Origin: an uncultured Chloroflexia bacterium
GTDB lineage: Bacteria; Chloroflexota; Anaerolineae; Anaerolineales; UBA4823
Assembly: GCA_963754615.1 (NCBI GenBank)
Contig: CAVWGW010000018.1
Location: 7,160 to 71,159, forward strand
Direction of reading: 5' to 3'
DNA length: 64,000 nt
The notes below the pieces were generated by a model that was given only the letters and a program-made list of their open reading frames with translations, was not told the origin of the DNA and ran no database searches. Below are positions 55,857 to 64,000 of this stretch, one piece after another. Position 1 is the first letter of the stretch; each line of letters begins with the position of its first letter. Both the position numbers and the translations under genes were made by a program.

Positions 55857-56963
55857 TCAGAAGCCCAGCTCGTGCCCAGAAATTTCCAATTCATCTCTTA
55901 ACGTATTTAGAGCACTTTGTACACCGGGCGTGATTTCAACCCCCTCAGCCCTGACTTGCTGTGTATGGTAGTATTCTTTTTCTCCTGCAGTATAGATGCG
56001 AGGCTGCCCGGGAGCCTTGTTTGAATTTCGCAGTTCCCTCATGATTTCGCCAGTGATCTTCTTAAAGGCATCCAGTGGGATGAAATGTTCGATGTCGATG
56101 ACCAGGAAGAAATGCCCGATGCGCAGAAACTGGGGATTACCATCGTGGTCGTTATCGTGAAGCATGGATAAAAAAGCACCGTTCTGGAAAGCGGCTGAAA
56201 AAATTTCGACCATGGTCGCCAGTCCGTAGCCTTTATGACCGCCCATCAGCTCTCCCATCCCGCCGACGGGGAGCAAGGCGAGCTTGTCTTGATTCATTTC
56301 GGCGATCATACTGCTGCTATCCGTCGAGCTGATGCCTTTCTGGTTAATGACCCATCCTTCAGGGATGGGTTTATTTGCCCGTGCCGCGACCTCGATCTTG
56401 CCGCGCGGGACAATCGATGTGGCAGCATCGTACATATACGGGAACGGCTCATCGGTCGGAGTCGCGATGGCGATGGGGTTCGTCCCTAACAAGGGTTTAA
56501 CGCCGAAGGTTGGCGCTGTAGAAGGATGAGCATTGGTGACACTCAATCCCACCATACCCTCCTGCACCGCCATCAAAGGGTAATAACCAGCAACACCATA
56601 ATGGCTGGAATTACGAACCGCCACGGCCCCCAACCCATTCTGGCGGGCTTTTTGGATTGCCAATTTCATTGATTGGTAACCAACAACCATGCCCATCCCG
56701 TTCCCACCATCGATAACCGCCGTGGTCGGCGTGTCTTTTACAATGCTCCATTTCGTGACCGGTAATTGAAGCCCTTTCTTCATGCGCTCATGATACATCT
56801 TCAAGTGCGCTACGCCGTGTGAGCGGACCCCCCACAGGTCGGCTGTGATCAAGACGTCCGCGATGATGTGGGCATCTTCGGTTGGGATGCCCATTGCAGC
56901 CAGGGCATCCACCATAAAGCGTACCAATTTATCAACGGGGACATAGATATTTTGCTCTGACAT
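55857..56963 (-). CDS. Ldh_2-family (malate / L-lactate / sulfolactate dehydrogenase type 2) oxidoreductase
   Basis: 368 aa. GVRSHGV, NSSHYGVAGYY and GGHKGYGLA are typical of the Ldh_2 family. Confidence 0.85.
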   Translation of the reverse strand: MSEQNIYVPVDKLVRFMVDALAAMGIPTEDAHIIADVLITADLWGVRSHGVAHLKMYHERMKKGLQLPVTKWSIVKDTPTTAVIDGGNGMGMVVGYQSMKLAIQKARQNGLGAVAVRNSSHYGVAGYYPLMAVQEGMVGLSVTNAHPSTAPTFGVKPLLGTNPIAIATPTDEPFPYMYDAATSIVPRGKIEVAARANKPIPEGWVINQKGISSTDSSSMIAEMNQDKLALLPVGGMGELMGGHKGYGLATMVEIFSAAFQNGAFLSMLHDNDHDGNPQFLRIGHFFLVIDIEHFIPLDAFKKITGEIMRELRNSNKAPGQPRIYTAGEKEYYHTQQVRAEGVEITPGVQSALNTLRDELEISGHELGF

Positions 56964-56984
56964 GGTTGACTCCCAAAGATGGAT

Positions 56985-58367
56985 TTATGCCGGGAAAATT
57001 TTCCCGGGATTCAAGATATTCAACGGATCAAGAGCTTGCTTGATCCGACGCTGGACATCAATAGAGATAGGGCCGAGGGCGCGTTCCAGGTAAGGACGTT
57101 TGAGCACGCCAACACCGTGTTCCCCTGAAAGGGTGCCTCCCAGGGCAAGTGACGCCTCGAATATTTCCGGGATCATCTGCTCAACTTTAGCCCATTGTTC
57201 TGGCTGGCGCTTATCAAAAAGGATATTGGGGTGTAAATTACCGTCCCCCGCGTGGCCAAAAATAACGATTGGTAATCCATATTTCGCACTGATGAGACGC
57301 AGCTGCTGGATCACTTCTGGGATGGCACTGCGAGGCACGGTGATATCTTCACCAAGCTTATTTGGTGCTTTGCGTGCCAATGAAGGTGAAATCGAACGGC
57401 GGGCTTTCCATAAACCGCTGCGCTCGGCCTCGTTTTGGGCTAGTTTTACCGAGCGGGCCCCCGTTTCATGGCAGATTTGGGCGCAGGCTTCGATCTCGTG
57501 CAGAACTGTTTGCTCATCTGCTCCGTCGGTCTCAACGATGAGCGAAGCTTCAACATCGGTGTTTAATCCCAGGTGCATGGCTTCTTCAATGCAGATGATG
57601 GCAGTCTGATCCATTAATTCCAATGCCGCAGGGACAATGCCTGCCGTCAGAATGGTATTGACGGTGCGCGAGGCATCTTTCAGCGAGGTAAATTCGACTA
57701 ATGCCGTCCGAGTATGACTGGGTTTGGCAACCAGGCGCAGCAGCGCCTCGGTGATCAGCCCAAGGGTTCCTTCAGAACCGGTAAAGAGTCCATTCAGGTC
57801 GTAGCCAGTGACATCCTTGATGGGTTTGCCCCCGGTTTTCAAAATCTGCCCATCAGCCAGCACCACTGTCAACCCTAACACGTAGTCGCCCGTCACCCCA
57901 TATTTTAAACAGCGTGGCCCTCCTGCGTTGCAGGCAATATTGCCTCCAATCGTCGAGTGGCGGATACTGGAAGGATCGGGGGGATAAAAAAGCCCTTGCT
58001 TTTCGACTTCCGCTTGCAGGTCCGCAGTAACAACCCCGGCTTCGGTCCATATTGAAGCGTTCTGCGTATCGATCTCCAGGATATGGTTCATGCGGGTCAG
58101 GCTGAGCACGATGCCGCCCGACATGGGAATCGATCCAGCAGCCAGTCCCGATCCCATGCCGCGTGGCACGATATGCACACGTGCCTCGGCCGCCAGCTTG
58201 ACTACCTGGGCGACTTGATCCGTCGATGCAGGTAAAACGATGACATCTGGCTGTCCTTCTGCAAAGGTTCCGTCGTAACTGTAAACAGCCAGGTCCTCTG
58301 GCGTATGCAGTACATACTCTTTTCCTATTGTGCGAGCCAGCTGTTCAATAAGTTGCTGATCCATCAT
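56985..58367 (-). CDS. FAD-linked oxidase, GlcD-like (glycolate / D-lactate dehydrogenase subunit)
   Basis: An FAD-binding PCMH domain (PRGMGSGLAGGSIP, STIGGNIACNAGG) and the C-terminal GEHGVG are present. I chose the start at MMDQQLIEQL; the ORF track start is 58409. Confidence 0.85.
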   Translation of the reverse strand: MMDQQLIEQLARTIGKEYVLHTPEDLAVYSYDGTFAEGQPDVIVLPASTDQVAQVVKLAAEARVHIVPRGMGSGLAAGSIPMSGGIVLSLTRMNHILEIDTQNASIWTEAGVVTADLQAEVEKQGLFYPPDPSSIRHSTIGGNIACNAGGPRCLKYGVTGDYVLGLTVVLADGQILKTGGKPIKDVTGYDLNGLFTGSEGTLGLITEALLRLVAKPSHTRTALVEFTSLKDASRTVNTILTAGIVPAALELMDQTAIICIEEAMHLGLNTDVEASLIVETDGADEQTVLHEIEACAQICHETGARSVKLAQNEAERSGLWKARRSISPSLARKAPNKLGEDITVPRSAIPEVIQQLRLISAKYGLPIVIFGHAGDGNLHPNILFDKRQPEQWAKVEQMIPEIFEASLALGGTLSGEHGVGVLKRPYLERALGPISIDVQRRIKQALDPLNILNPGKIFPA

Positions 58368-59637
58368 TTGCCTCGTAAGCTTCGTCCAACAATGTGATGG
58401 GATGTACAACCCGGACGTTAAGTCCGCGGCGTTTGATGCCGGTATTCAATTGCATCTGGCAGCCTGGGCAGCCTGATGCAATGATTTGTGCGTTTGTACT
58501 AACGAGCTGATCCATTTTACGATCCAGAACCTTGAGCGATGTTTCGTAGTGGGTAATCAGCTGGCTGCCAGCCGAGCCGCAGCACCAATCTGCTTCTGGC
58601 AGCTCGATCAAATCAAGCCCATCGATTAGCCCCAGCAGAAAGCGTGGCTGCTTCCACACCTTTTGCGCCCGGCGTAAGTGGCAGGGATCGTGATAGGTCA
58701 CCCTCGCCCGGATTTGCCCCTTGGGTTTTTCCAGTGGGATTTCCGCTAGAAACTCGCTCACATCTCGGACTTTCTTGCTGAACACCTCTGCCCGGGCAGC
58801 CCATTCGGGGTCATCCTTGAGGAAAGCATCATACTCCTTCAAAGACGATCCGCAAGTAGCACAATCGGTGACAATCACATCTACTTCAGATTTTTCGAAT
58901 AAAGCAATATTGTGTTGTGCCTGTTTCCGAGCCAGGTCCAATCGCCCATAACCACGCGCCGGCATCCCGCAGCATTCAACTTCCTTTGGCGATATGACAG
59001 TGCAGCCATTTCGTCTCAATACCCTCACCGTCGCTCCACTCTCCCCAGCGAAAAGCAGACTTTGGGCGCACCCAAGGAAAAAACCTACCCGGTTGTTCAC
59101 TTCTCCATATGCTGGAGCGACAGTTGGTAACACCTGGCGCAGAGGTCGTTGCGGGATGCGCGGCAGCATCGCTTCCATGTCACGGATTTTACCGGGCAGG
59201 ATGCGTCTCAAACCCAGGGTATAGACCAGCCGGCGAAATCCTAGCGTCTGATATAAACGCAGCGGCCAGGTTGCGGTTTCCAAGCGAAGCGGGTGCGGGA
59301 TGAGGCCCTCGAAGAGGGTTTTCTTCCATCGCGCCGGTTGTCTCTGTTCCTGAACGTAACGCATGGCGAGTGCTAATTCGGCGGGTTTGATACCGACCGG
59401 GCAGATCTCATCACAGGCCATGCAGGCAAAACAGCCATACATCTGCTCAATGAGATTGGGGCTGAGCTCAAGCTGCCCATCCAGGCCCTTGCGCGCCAGC
59501 GCTACTCGCCCGCGAGGTGAGGCAGTCTCTTTTAGATACTCCCGGTAAGTTGGGCAGACTGCCAGGCACAACCCACAACGAATGCAGTTCAAGTAAGCTT
59601 CTTCAGCAGGTTTTTCTAGAGAAGTAGTCAGTTCCAT
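58345..59637 (-). CDS. Fe-S oxidoreductase, GlcF-like (two 4Fe-4S motifs plus two CCG domains)
   Basis: CIRCGLCLAVCP and CFACMACDEICP are present. The CCG motifs are VECCGMP and DWCCGSAG. Confidence 0.8.
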   Translation of the reverse strand: MELTTSLEKPAEEAYLNCIRCGLCLAVCPTYREYLKETASPRGRVALARKGLDGQLELSPNLIEQMYGCFACMACDEICPVGIKPAELALAMRYVQEQRQPARWKKTLFEGLIPHPLRLETATWPLRLYQTLGFRRLVYTLGLRRILPGKIRDMEAMLPRIPQRPLRQVLPTVAPAYGEVNNRVGFFLGCAQSLLFAGESGATVRVLRRNGCTVISPKEVECCGMPARGYGRLDLARKQAQHNIALFEKSEVDVIVTDCATCGSSLKEYDAFLKDDPEWAARAEVFSKKVRDVSEFLAEIPLEKPKGQIRARVTYHDPCHLRRAQKVWKQPRFLLGLIDGLDLIELPEADWCCGSAGSQLITHYETSLKVLDRKMDQLVSTNAQIIASGCPGCQMQLNTGIKRRGLNVRVVHPITLLDEAYEANDGSATY

Positions 59638-59640
59638 GCA

Positions 59641-60624
59641 TTACCAGATTTTCATGTCTAATAGAGCTTTGAGGATACCATCCTCATGACGTTCGTACAG
59701 AGTAAAGGCTTTCTCTGCCTCTCGAATGGGGAGACGATGGGTAACTAGCGGCTCCAGTTCTGCGCGGGAGGATAGAAAAACATCCCTGGCTTTTGCCAGG
59801 TATTCACTCCAGTCAGGCGTGACAACAGCTAACAGGTGTGCATTCTTGCGGAAGAAAGTTTCGTATTCAACCGCATAGACAGGCTGGTCAGGGACGCCAA
59901 AAGCCAGGATCGTTCCGAATTTTTTTACGAGTTCGAGGCAATCGTTGAGCGTATCCATCTGATGACCGACTGCCTCGATACAGATATCGGGTGGTTCCCA
60001 CTCACCCTGATTCCGGCTTGCGGTTTGCAGAATCTCCAGGCTGCGCGACGGGTAAACCCGGGTTGCTCCCATCTCCTCTGCAATTCGACAGCGCTGCACA
60101 GATGGATCAATACCGATGATGTTCCCTGCTCTCCGTTTTTTGAGCAGCCAGCAAAATAACAACCCAATAGAACCTAATCCAATGACTGCAATCGATCTTC
60201 CTTCCACATTTCCCAGGCGGTCGACTGCGTTGATCACCGTTGAGAGTGGCTGGATCAAGCAGCTTGTTCCGTTATCGTCCAATGTAGCAGGTAACTTCAC
60301 TGCCTTGGCAGCCTGCGCTCTGAAAAACTGAGCCAGTCCCTGGTCACCTTCTGGAATGGCAACCACCCGGTCACCAGGTTGGAATGAGGTGGACGAGCTT
60401 TCGACTACCCGCCCTACACACTCATGAATTGGGGCCCCCACAGGCAGTGGATAAGACATCTGTCGCTTGCTGCCAGTGAAAAAGGGAATATCACTGCCGC
60501 ACATCGAGACCCACTCCGGCTGAACCAGAATATGTTCTGGGTACTCAGCGTTCAACTCTGGGACTGGAACTTGTTGTTGTTCAAAACAGCGTGGTTTTAC
60601 AACCTGGAGGGCTTTCATTTGCAT
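59641..60624 (-). CDS. Medium-chain Zn-dependent dehydrogenase/reductase family protein
   Basis: MCGSDIPFF and the GLGSIGLL Rossmann motif are present, at 327 aa. Confidence 0.75.
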   Translation of the reverse strand: MQMKALQVVKPRCFEQQQVPVPELNAEYPEHILVQPEWVSMCGSDIPFFTGSKRQMSYPLPVGAPIHECVGRVVESSSTSFQPGDRVVAIPEGDQGLAQFFRAQAAKAVKLPATLDDNGTSCLIQPLSTVINAVDRLGNVEGRSIAVIGLGSIGLLFCWLLKKRRAGNIIGIDPSVQRCRIAEEMGATRVYPSRSLEILQTASRNQGEWEPPDICIEAVGHQMDTLNDCLELVKKFGTILAFGVPDQPVYAVEYETFFRKNAHLLAVVTPDWSEYLAKARDVFLSSRAELEPLVTHRLPIREAEKAFTLYERHEDGILKALLDMKIW

Positions 60625-60632
60625 TACGATTA

Positions 60633-61946
60633 TTATCCTTGGGGTTGGATTGAATTGACAATGGGCAGGGTTAGCAGGGCATGGGGCACCAGCAACACCT
60701 GACAGGATGAGCCCAATTCTACTTTAGCAAGCTCAAAAGCATCATCCATTGTTGCGGCCGGGATCATTTTACAGGCTGCCACCAACTCTGGACATTCACT
60801 CCCAACAATTACTACATGCACCTGTTCAAGCACCTTTGCCATTACAAATGCTCTCTGCTGACCGGGTGGATACCCATTACGGCGGGCATCTTCTAAAATG
60901 TACTGGATATTCGGCGCGTCTCGCATTGCAGCCAGGAATCGTTGCTCCCCAATCCCTGCACCTGCACCTTCCTGGCAGCGAGCCGGAATGATCATAAATC
61001 CGCCAGGGCGCACGACGGGTGTCGGTGCAAAGAAAAGATAGGATGGAGCGCGGCTGGCCTGGTACAAATTGGCATCCTTGGGAAAACCGACTCCGCCGAT
61101 GGCAATATCAACCTGTTGGGGAATGGGTACCTCGTATACAGATTTGGCAAAATTCACCAGGTCTTGAAAGGCAAGCTCTGGATTGCCGGCAGTGACGCGC
61201 AGGATGCGTTTGTCGTCATCCATTACCACGTTCAGGATGAAGCGTAGCCCAGCGCGCCGGGCTGCTTCAGTTACTGCCTCATGAAATGGGTTACCCGCGA
61301 TGCGCCCCAGGCGTGTACCGGGATGGTCCACGAACGCTGGTCCATGGGTGTAGGCGATCAAGTCTTCTCCGGCTGCCCCTACGGCAACTGTTTTGCGCCC
61401 CCCAGAATAACCCGCATATTGGTGAGGTTCTACAATCCCTGTGGCGATGAGCAAGTCTGCTTCTACGACAGCACGGTGCAGGAGGACCGGGACACCGCCC
61501 GGTGTGCTGCCCAGATTTACCAGGGCTGCCGGATTTTGGGGCTCGTTGTCGATCACGCGGTAACGGGATAGGATGTCTGCACCCAATTTGGCAACTTTTT
61601 CTTCCTGTGTAGAAGGCCGGTGCATCCCAACCCCACATAGGAGGGTGATGTGCTCCGTCAGCACCCCGGCTTTTTCCAACTCACTCAACAATGCCGGGAC
61701 AAGTAGATGATCCGGGCTGGCGCGCGTAATATCGGTAAATACGATGCAGACACGTTGGTCGGCCCTGGCAATCTCTCGCAGCGGTAGGGTTCCAAGGGGG
61801 TGATCCAGGGCTTCCTGGATTGCTCCTGGAAAATCTCTGAGTGGATTGGTTGGCTGCGAAACAGCCACTGTAGCTTGCATGGTGGCAGGCAGAGAGAACT
61901 CAAGGAACGATTTGCTATAGGGAATCTGATATTTTCTATTTTGCAT
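60633..61946 (-). CDS. LarA-like nickel-pincer cofactor-dependent 2-hydroxyacid racemase/epimerase
   Basis: RVCIVFTDITRASP...LCGVGMHRPSTQEE and HQYAGYSGGRK follow the LarA N-terminal and catalytic-region patterns. First gene of a five-gene minus-strand operon. Confidence 0.75.
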   Translation of the reverse strand: MQNRKYQIPYSKSFLEFSLPATMQATVAVSQPTNPLRDFPGAIQEALDHPLGTLPLREIARADQRVCIVFTDITRASPDHLLVPALLSELEKAGVLTEHITLLCGVGMHRPSTQEEKVAKLGADILSRYRVIDNEPQNPAALVNLGSTPGGVPVLLHRAVVEADLLIATGIVEPHQYAGYSGGRKTVAVGAAGEDLIAYTHGPAFVDHPGTRLGRIAGNPFHEAVTEAARRAGLRFILNVVMDDDKRILRVTAGNPELAFQDLVNFAKSVYEVPIPQQVDIAIGGVGFPKDANLYQASRAPSYLFFAPTPVVRPGGFMIIPARCQEGAGAGIGEQRFLAAMRDAPNIQYILEDARRNGYPPGQQRAFVMAKVLEQVHVVIVGSECPELVAACKMIPAATMDDAFELAKVELGSSCQVLLVPHALLTLPIVNSIQPQG

Positions 61947-62079
61947 TGTTTTACCAGATGAAATAAGGTTTCATACAATAGAATAACACCACTCATTTGC
62001 TTCGTCAAGTTCAAATATTATCATGGATTCCTGCATGAAAGTGATCTGTTTTTATTATGGTTTCATTGAGTGAAAGTGA

Positions 62080-62108
62080 TTGACACCAGGCAAAACAAAT
62101 GCTACAAT
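62080..62108 (+). promoter_or_regulatory. Near-consensus sigma-70 promoter for the cupin operon
   Basis: TTGACA (62080-62085), a 17-nt spacer and TACAAT (62103-62108). Confidence 0.55.
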
Positions 62109-62115
62109 TTGTTAT

Positions 62116-62143
62116 ATGAAACTCAGTTTTGCTAGATGAAACT
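62116..62143 (+). promoter_or_regulatory. Direct repeat ATGAAACT x2, candidate operator overlapping the transcription start
   Basis: ATGAAACT occurs at 62116-62123 and 62136-62143, spaced 20 bp centre to centre, immediately downstream of the -10 box. The motif or its complement GGTTTCAT recurs in this and two other IclR-associated intergenic regions. Confidence 0.4.
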
Positions 62144-62175
62144 ATTTTCCTCATTTCACATTGGAGTAATTCAAA

Positions 62176-62544
62176 ATGGAAAAACTACCTTTCGCCAAAG
62201 CTGCAGATGTCCAGGGGGAATTTCGTGTTCCGGCGCGTGTTTCCAAGCTCTTGTTAGCTCCCAAATTCGGTGGTGTGAAAAACGTTTCGATGGGGATGAA
62301 TATTACCGAAGTCGGCAGCATGATCCCTGATCACCAACATGATGAATCCGAAGAAGTTTTGTTCCTCATCAGTGGGCGTGCCAAGATTGTGATCGAAGGG
62401 GAAGGGGAATGGGAAATTGGTCCAGAAACCGCTTTTTACTCTCCTCTGGGTAAGAAGCATCGTGTAGAAAACATTGGCGATGAGCCGCTCCGCATCGTTT
62501 GGGTGTATTGCCCACCTTTGCCTGCCCATCGCTCTAAATCATGA
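62176..62544 (+). CDS. Cupin-domain protein
   Basis: GSMIPDHQHDESEEVLFLISGRAKIVIEGE...YSPLGKKHRVEN is a two-motif cupin. Confidence 0.75.
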   Translation: MEKLPFAKAADVQGEFRVPARVSKLLLAPKFGGVKNVSMGMNITEVGSMIPDHQHDESEEVLFLISGRAKIVIEGEGEWEIGPETAFYSPLGKKHRVENIGDEPLRIVWVYCPPLPAHRSKS

Positions 62545-62569
62545 CACTTATTACATCAGGAGAAAAATT

Positions 62570-63484
62570 ATGTTTGAAGAAACCCGTCAATATCTAAAGA
62601 AGATTGGCATGCCCCAAGGTGATGCCTATGATATGCCCTCATCGCAATTGCGGTTCCCAGATGGTGCAGCCTTTCGAATTGAAGTACCTACGGTGAATTC
62701 AGCCGAGGCGGTAGCAGCCCTTTTAGAAACAGCCACTAAGGATGGCATCACGATTAACCGTGTCACTGAGACCTACGGTATGTTCCGCCATACACGCGAT
62801 GAAATCAAGGAATACTGCCGCTTATGTAATGAGTATGGAGCTGAATTGTTGATGTCGACCGGTCCACGGGCTACATATGATACCGGCGCTACTGTTCTTT
62901 CTCCCCAGGGTGTTCGCATCAGCTACCGCTTGCGCGGTATGGATCAAATATTGCGAGCGGTGGAAGACATCAAACGTGGTTATGACCTGGGTGTGCGTGG
63001 TTTCCTGATATACGATGAAGGCATGCTGTGGCTGGTAGGCCAGATGCGTAAAGATGGAGCATTGCCGAAAGATATCATTTTCAAGACCTCTGCGCACCTG
63101 GGACAGTGCAACCCTTGCTCCTTCAAGCTCTTAGAGAGCCTGGGGGCAGATAGTATCAACCCGGTGCGTGACCTGCAAATCCCCATGATCGCTGCCTTGC
63201 GCCAGGCGGTCAAAACCCCGCTGGACGTACATACCGATAACCCACCAGGATCGGGCGGTTTCATCCGTGTTTACGAAGCCCCGGAGATTGTACGCGTCGC
63301 CGCGCCGGTGCACTGCAAGACCGGCAACTCAGTCGTCAGCGGGCATGGTGAAATGACCTCGGCTGCCGATGGTAAGCGGATGGCTGATCAGGCCGCGATC
63401 GTTGTAGAGATGGTTTCTCATTATTATCCGGAGTTCAAGCAAACGCCGAAGGGATCCAGCGACCTGCATCTCCCGGCTGTTTAA
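62570..63484 (+). CDS. Hypothetical protein (unassigned)
   Basis: 304 aa from ATG 62570, after AGGAGA; the ORF track start at 62474 overlaps the cupin gene. Composition is even and it is co-oriented with its neighbours. I recognise no family. Confidence 0.5.
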   Translation: MFEETRQYLKKIGMPQGDAYDMPSSQLRFPDGAAFRIEVPTVNSAEAVAALLETATKDGITINRVTETYGMFRHTRDEIKEYCRLCNEYGAELLMSTGPRATYDTGATVLSPQGVRISYRLRGMDQILRAVEDIKRGYDLGVRGFLIYDEGMLWLVGQMRKDGALPKDIIFKTSAHLGQCNPCSFKLLESLGADSINPVRDLQIPMIAALRQAVKTPLDVHTDNPPGSGGFIRVYEAPEIVRVAAPVHCKTGNSVVSGHGEMTSAADGKRMADQAAIVVEMVSHYYPEFKQTPKGSSDLHLPAV

Positions 63485-63530
63485 TTGGATCCTGAAGTGT
63501 GCCAACTGATCTTCAAGAAAGGAGAACAGG

Positions 63531-64000
63531 ATGGATAAATGGCAGTTACCGCCCGATAGTGGTCACATGGAACGCCCCGATGGGGTGTACCTGCAAACCA
63601 TGAACATGACTGAAATCAATGCCCGCCTTAAGACGAATGATCTTATCATCATTCCGGTCGGCAGTACGGAATGCCATGGCGCTGCCCAGCCTCTGGGGGA
63701 AGATACTTTTCTGGTGACCCGCATGGCTGAGCAAGTGGCGCTTAAGATCGGCTGCACGGTGGCAGAGCCTGTCTGGTATGGCTCTCATCCTTACAACCAT
63801 CTGGGAATGCCGGGTACCGTGGTTGTCCCTGAAGATGTGTTCCTGGCAAACCTGCGCGCGATCATCGCAGGGCTTTGGAACATGGGCTTCCGCAAGCAAA
63901 TATTTTTGAATGGTCACGGTCAGGAAGAAGTCATCCCCCTGGCCCTCCACCAATGGGCTAAGAAATACCAGGTGCCCTGCATTCTGATCTCCCTCCACTG
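63531..64000 (+). CDS. Creatininase-family amidohydrolase; N-terminal part, 3' end lies outside the window
   Basis: It is absent from the ORF track because there is no stop codon before the window end. ATG 63531 follows AAAGGAGA. The translation is MDKWQLPPDSGH...DLIIIPVGSTECHGAAQPLGEDTF...IFLNGHGQ, which shows the creatininase-family metal-binding pattern. Confidence 0.8.
   Translation, partial: MDKWQLPPDSGHMERPDGVYLQTMNMTEINARLKTNDLIIIPVGSTECHGAAQPLGEDTFLVTRMAEQVALKIGCTVAEPVWYGSHPYNHLGMPGTVVVPEDVFLANLRAIIAGLWNMGFRKQIFLNGHGQEEVIPLALHQWAKKYQVPCILISLH

Noticed and set aside
1-64000. CRISPR arrays, insertion sequences, toxin-antitoxin or defence-system genes
   Set aside because: I scanned intergenic regions and ORF translations. 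I found no regularly spaced direct repeats, no transposase, integrase or recombinase motifs, and no nuclease, ATPase or defence-type architectures.

Overview
This is a 64-kb, gene-dense chromosomal segment of about 60 genes from a moderately GC-rich saccharolytic bacterium. My lineage guess is Chloroflexota/Anaerolineae-like, at low confidence. I saw no rRNA, CRISPR array, transposase, integrase or recognisable phage or defence genes.

Gene content, left to right:
- An Opp/Dpp-type ABC importer, followed by a GH13 alpha-glucosidase and an MFS transporter.
- A protealysin-like M4 metalloprotease with a small downstream gene resembling the inhibitor emfourin.
- An L-fucose/L-galactose-type cluster: DUF4432 epimerase-like protein, fucI, a rhamnulokinase-family kinase, a cytidylyltransferase-GHMP kinase fusion, a GDP-mannose 3,5-epimerase-like enzyme and a GH127.
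- A Zn-ADH / MttB-family / GPH symporter / PLP-lyase operon.
- A 1036-aa FHA-transmembrane-HExxH protein.
- A long minus-strand operon mixing GH4, two FGGY kinases, a GT-C membrane glycosyltransferase and two phosphatases.
- A rare-sugar or sugar-acid cluster: Eda, D-TA family enzyme, LarA-like protein, DUF4432, D-lyxose isomerase and a PfkB kinase.
- glnS preceded by tRNA-Gln(CUG).
- A two-component system.
- Two IclR-controlled modules: nitroreductase / CoA-transferase / ferredoxin, and LarA / ADH / GlcF / GlcD / Ldh_2.

Most notable observations:
1. The FHA-TM-gluzincin-like membrane protein.
2. About 12 reading-frame lesions in the window, of which 6-7 fall in the 3 kb of fucI and the adjacent kinase.
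3. An in-frame TAG in a non-pyrrolysine MttB homologue.
4. A cytidylyltransferase-GHMP kinase fusion next to a GME-like epimerase.
5. A short dispersed hairpin repeat with one compensatory base-pair change.
6. A tRNA-Gln / terminator / glnS arrangement that leaves no room for a separate glnS promoter.
7. A repeated GGTTTCAT/ATGAAAC motif in the IclR-associated intergenic regions.

All family assignments rest on motif recognition by eye and on recalled reference sequences. No searches were run.
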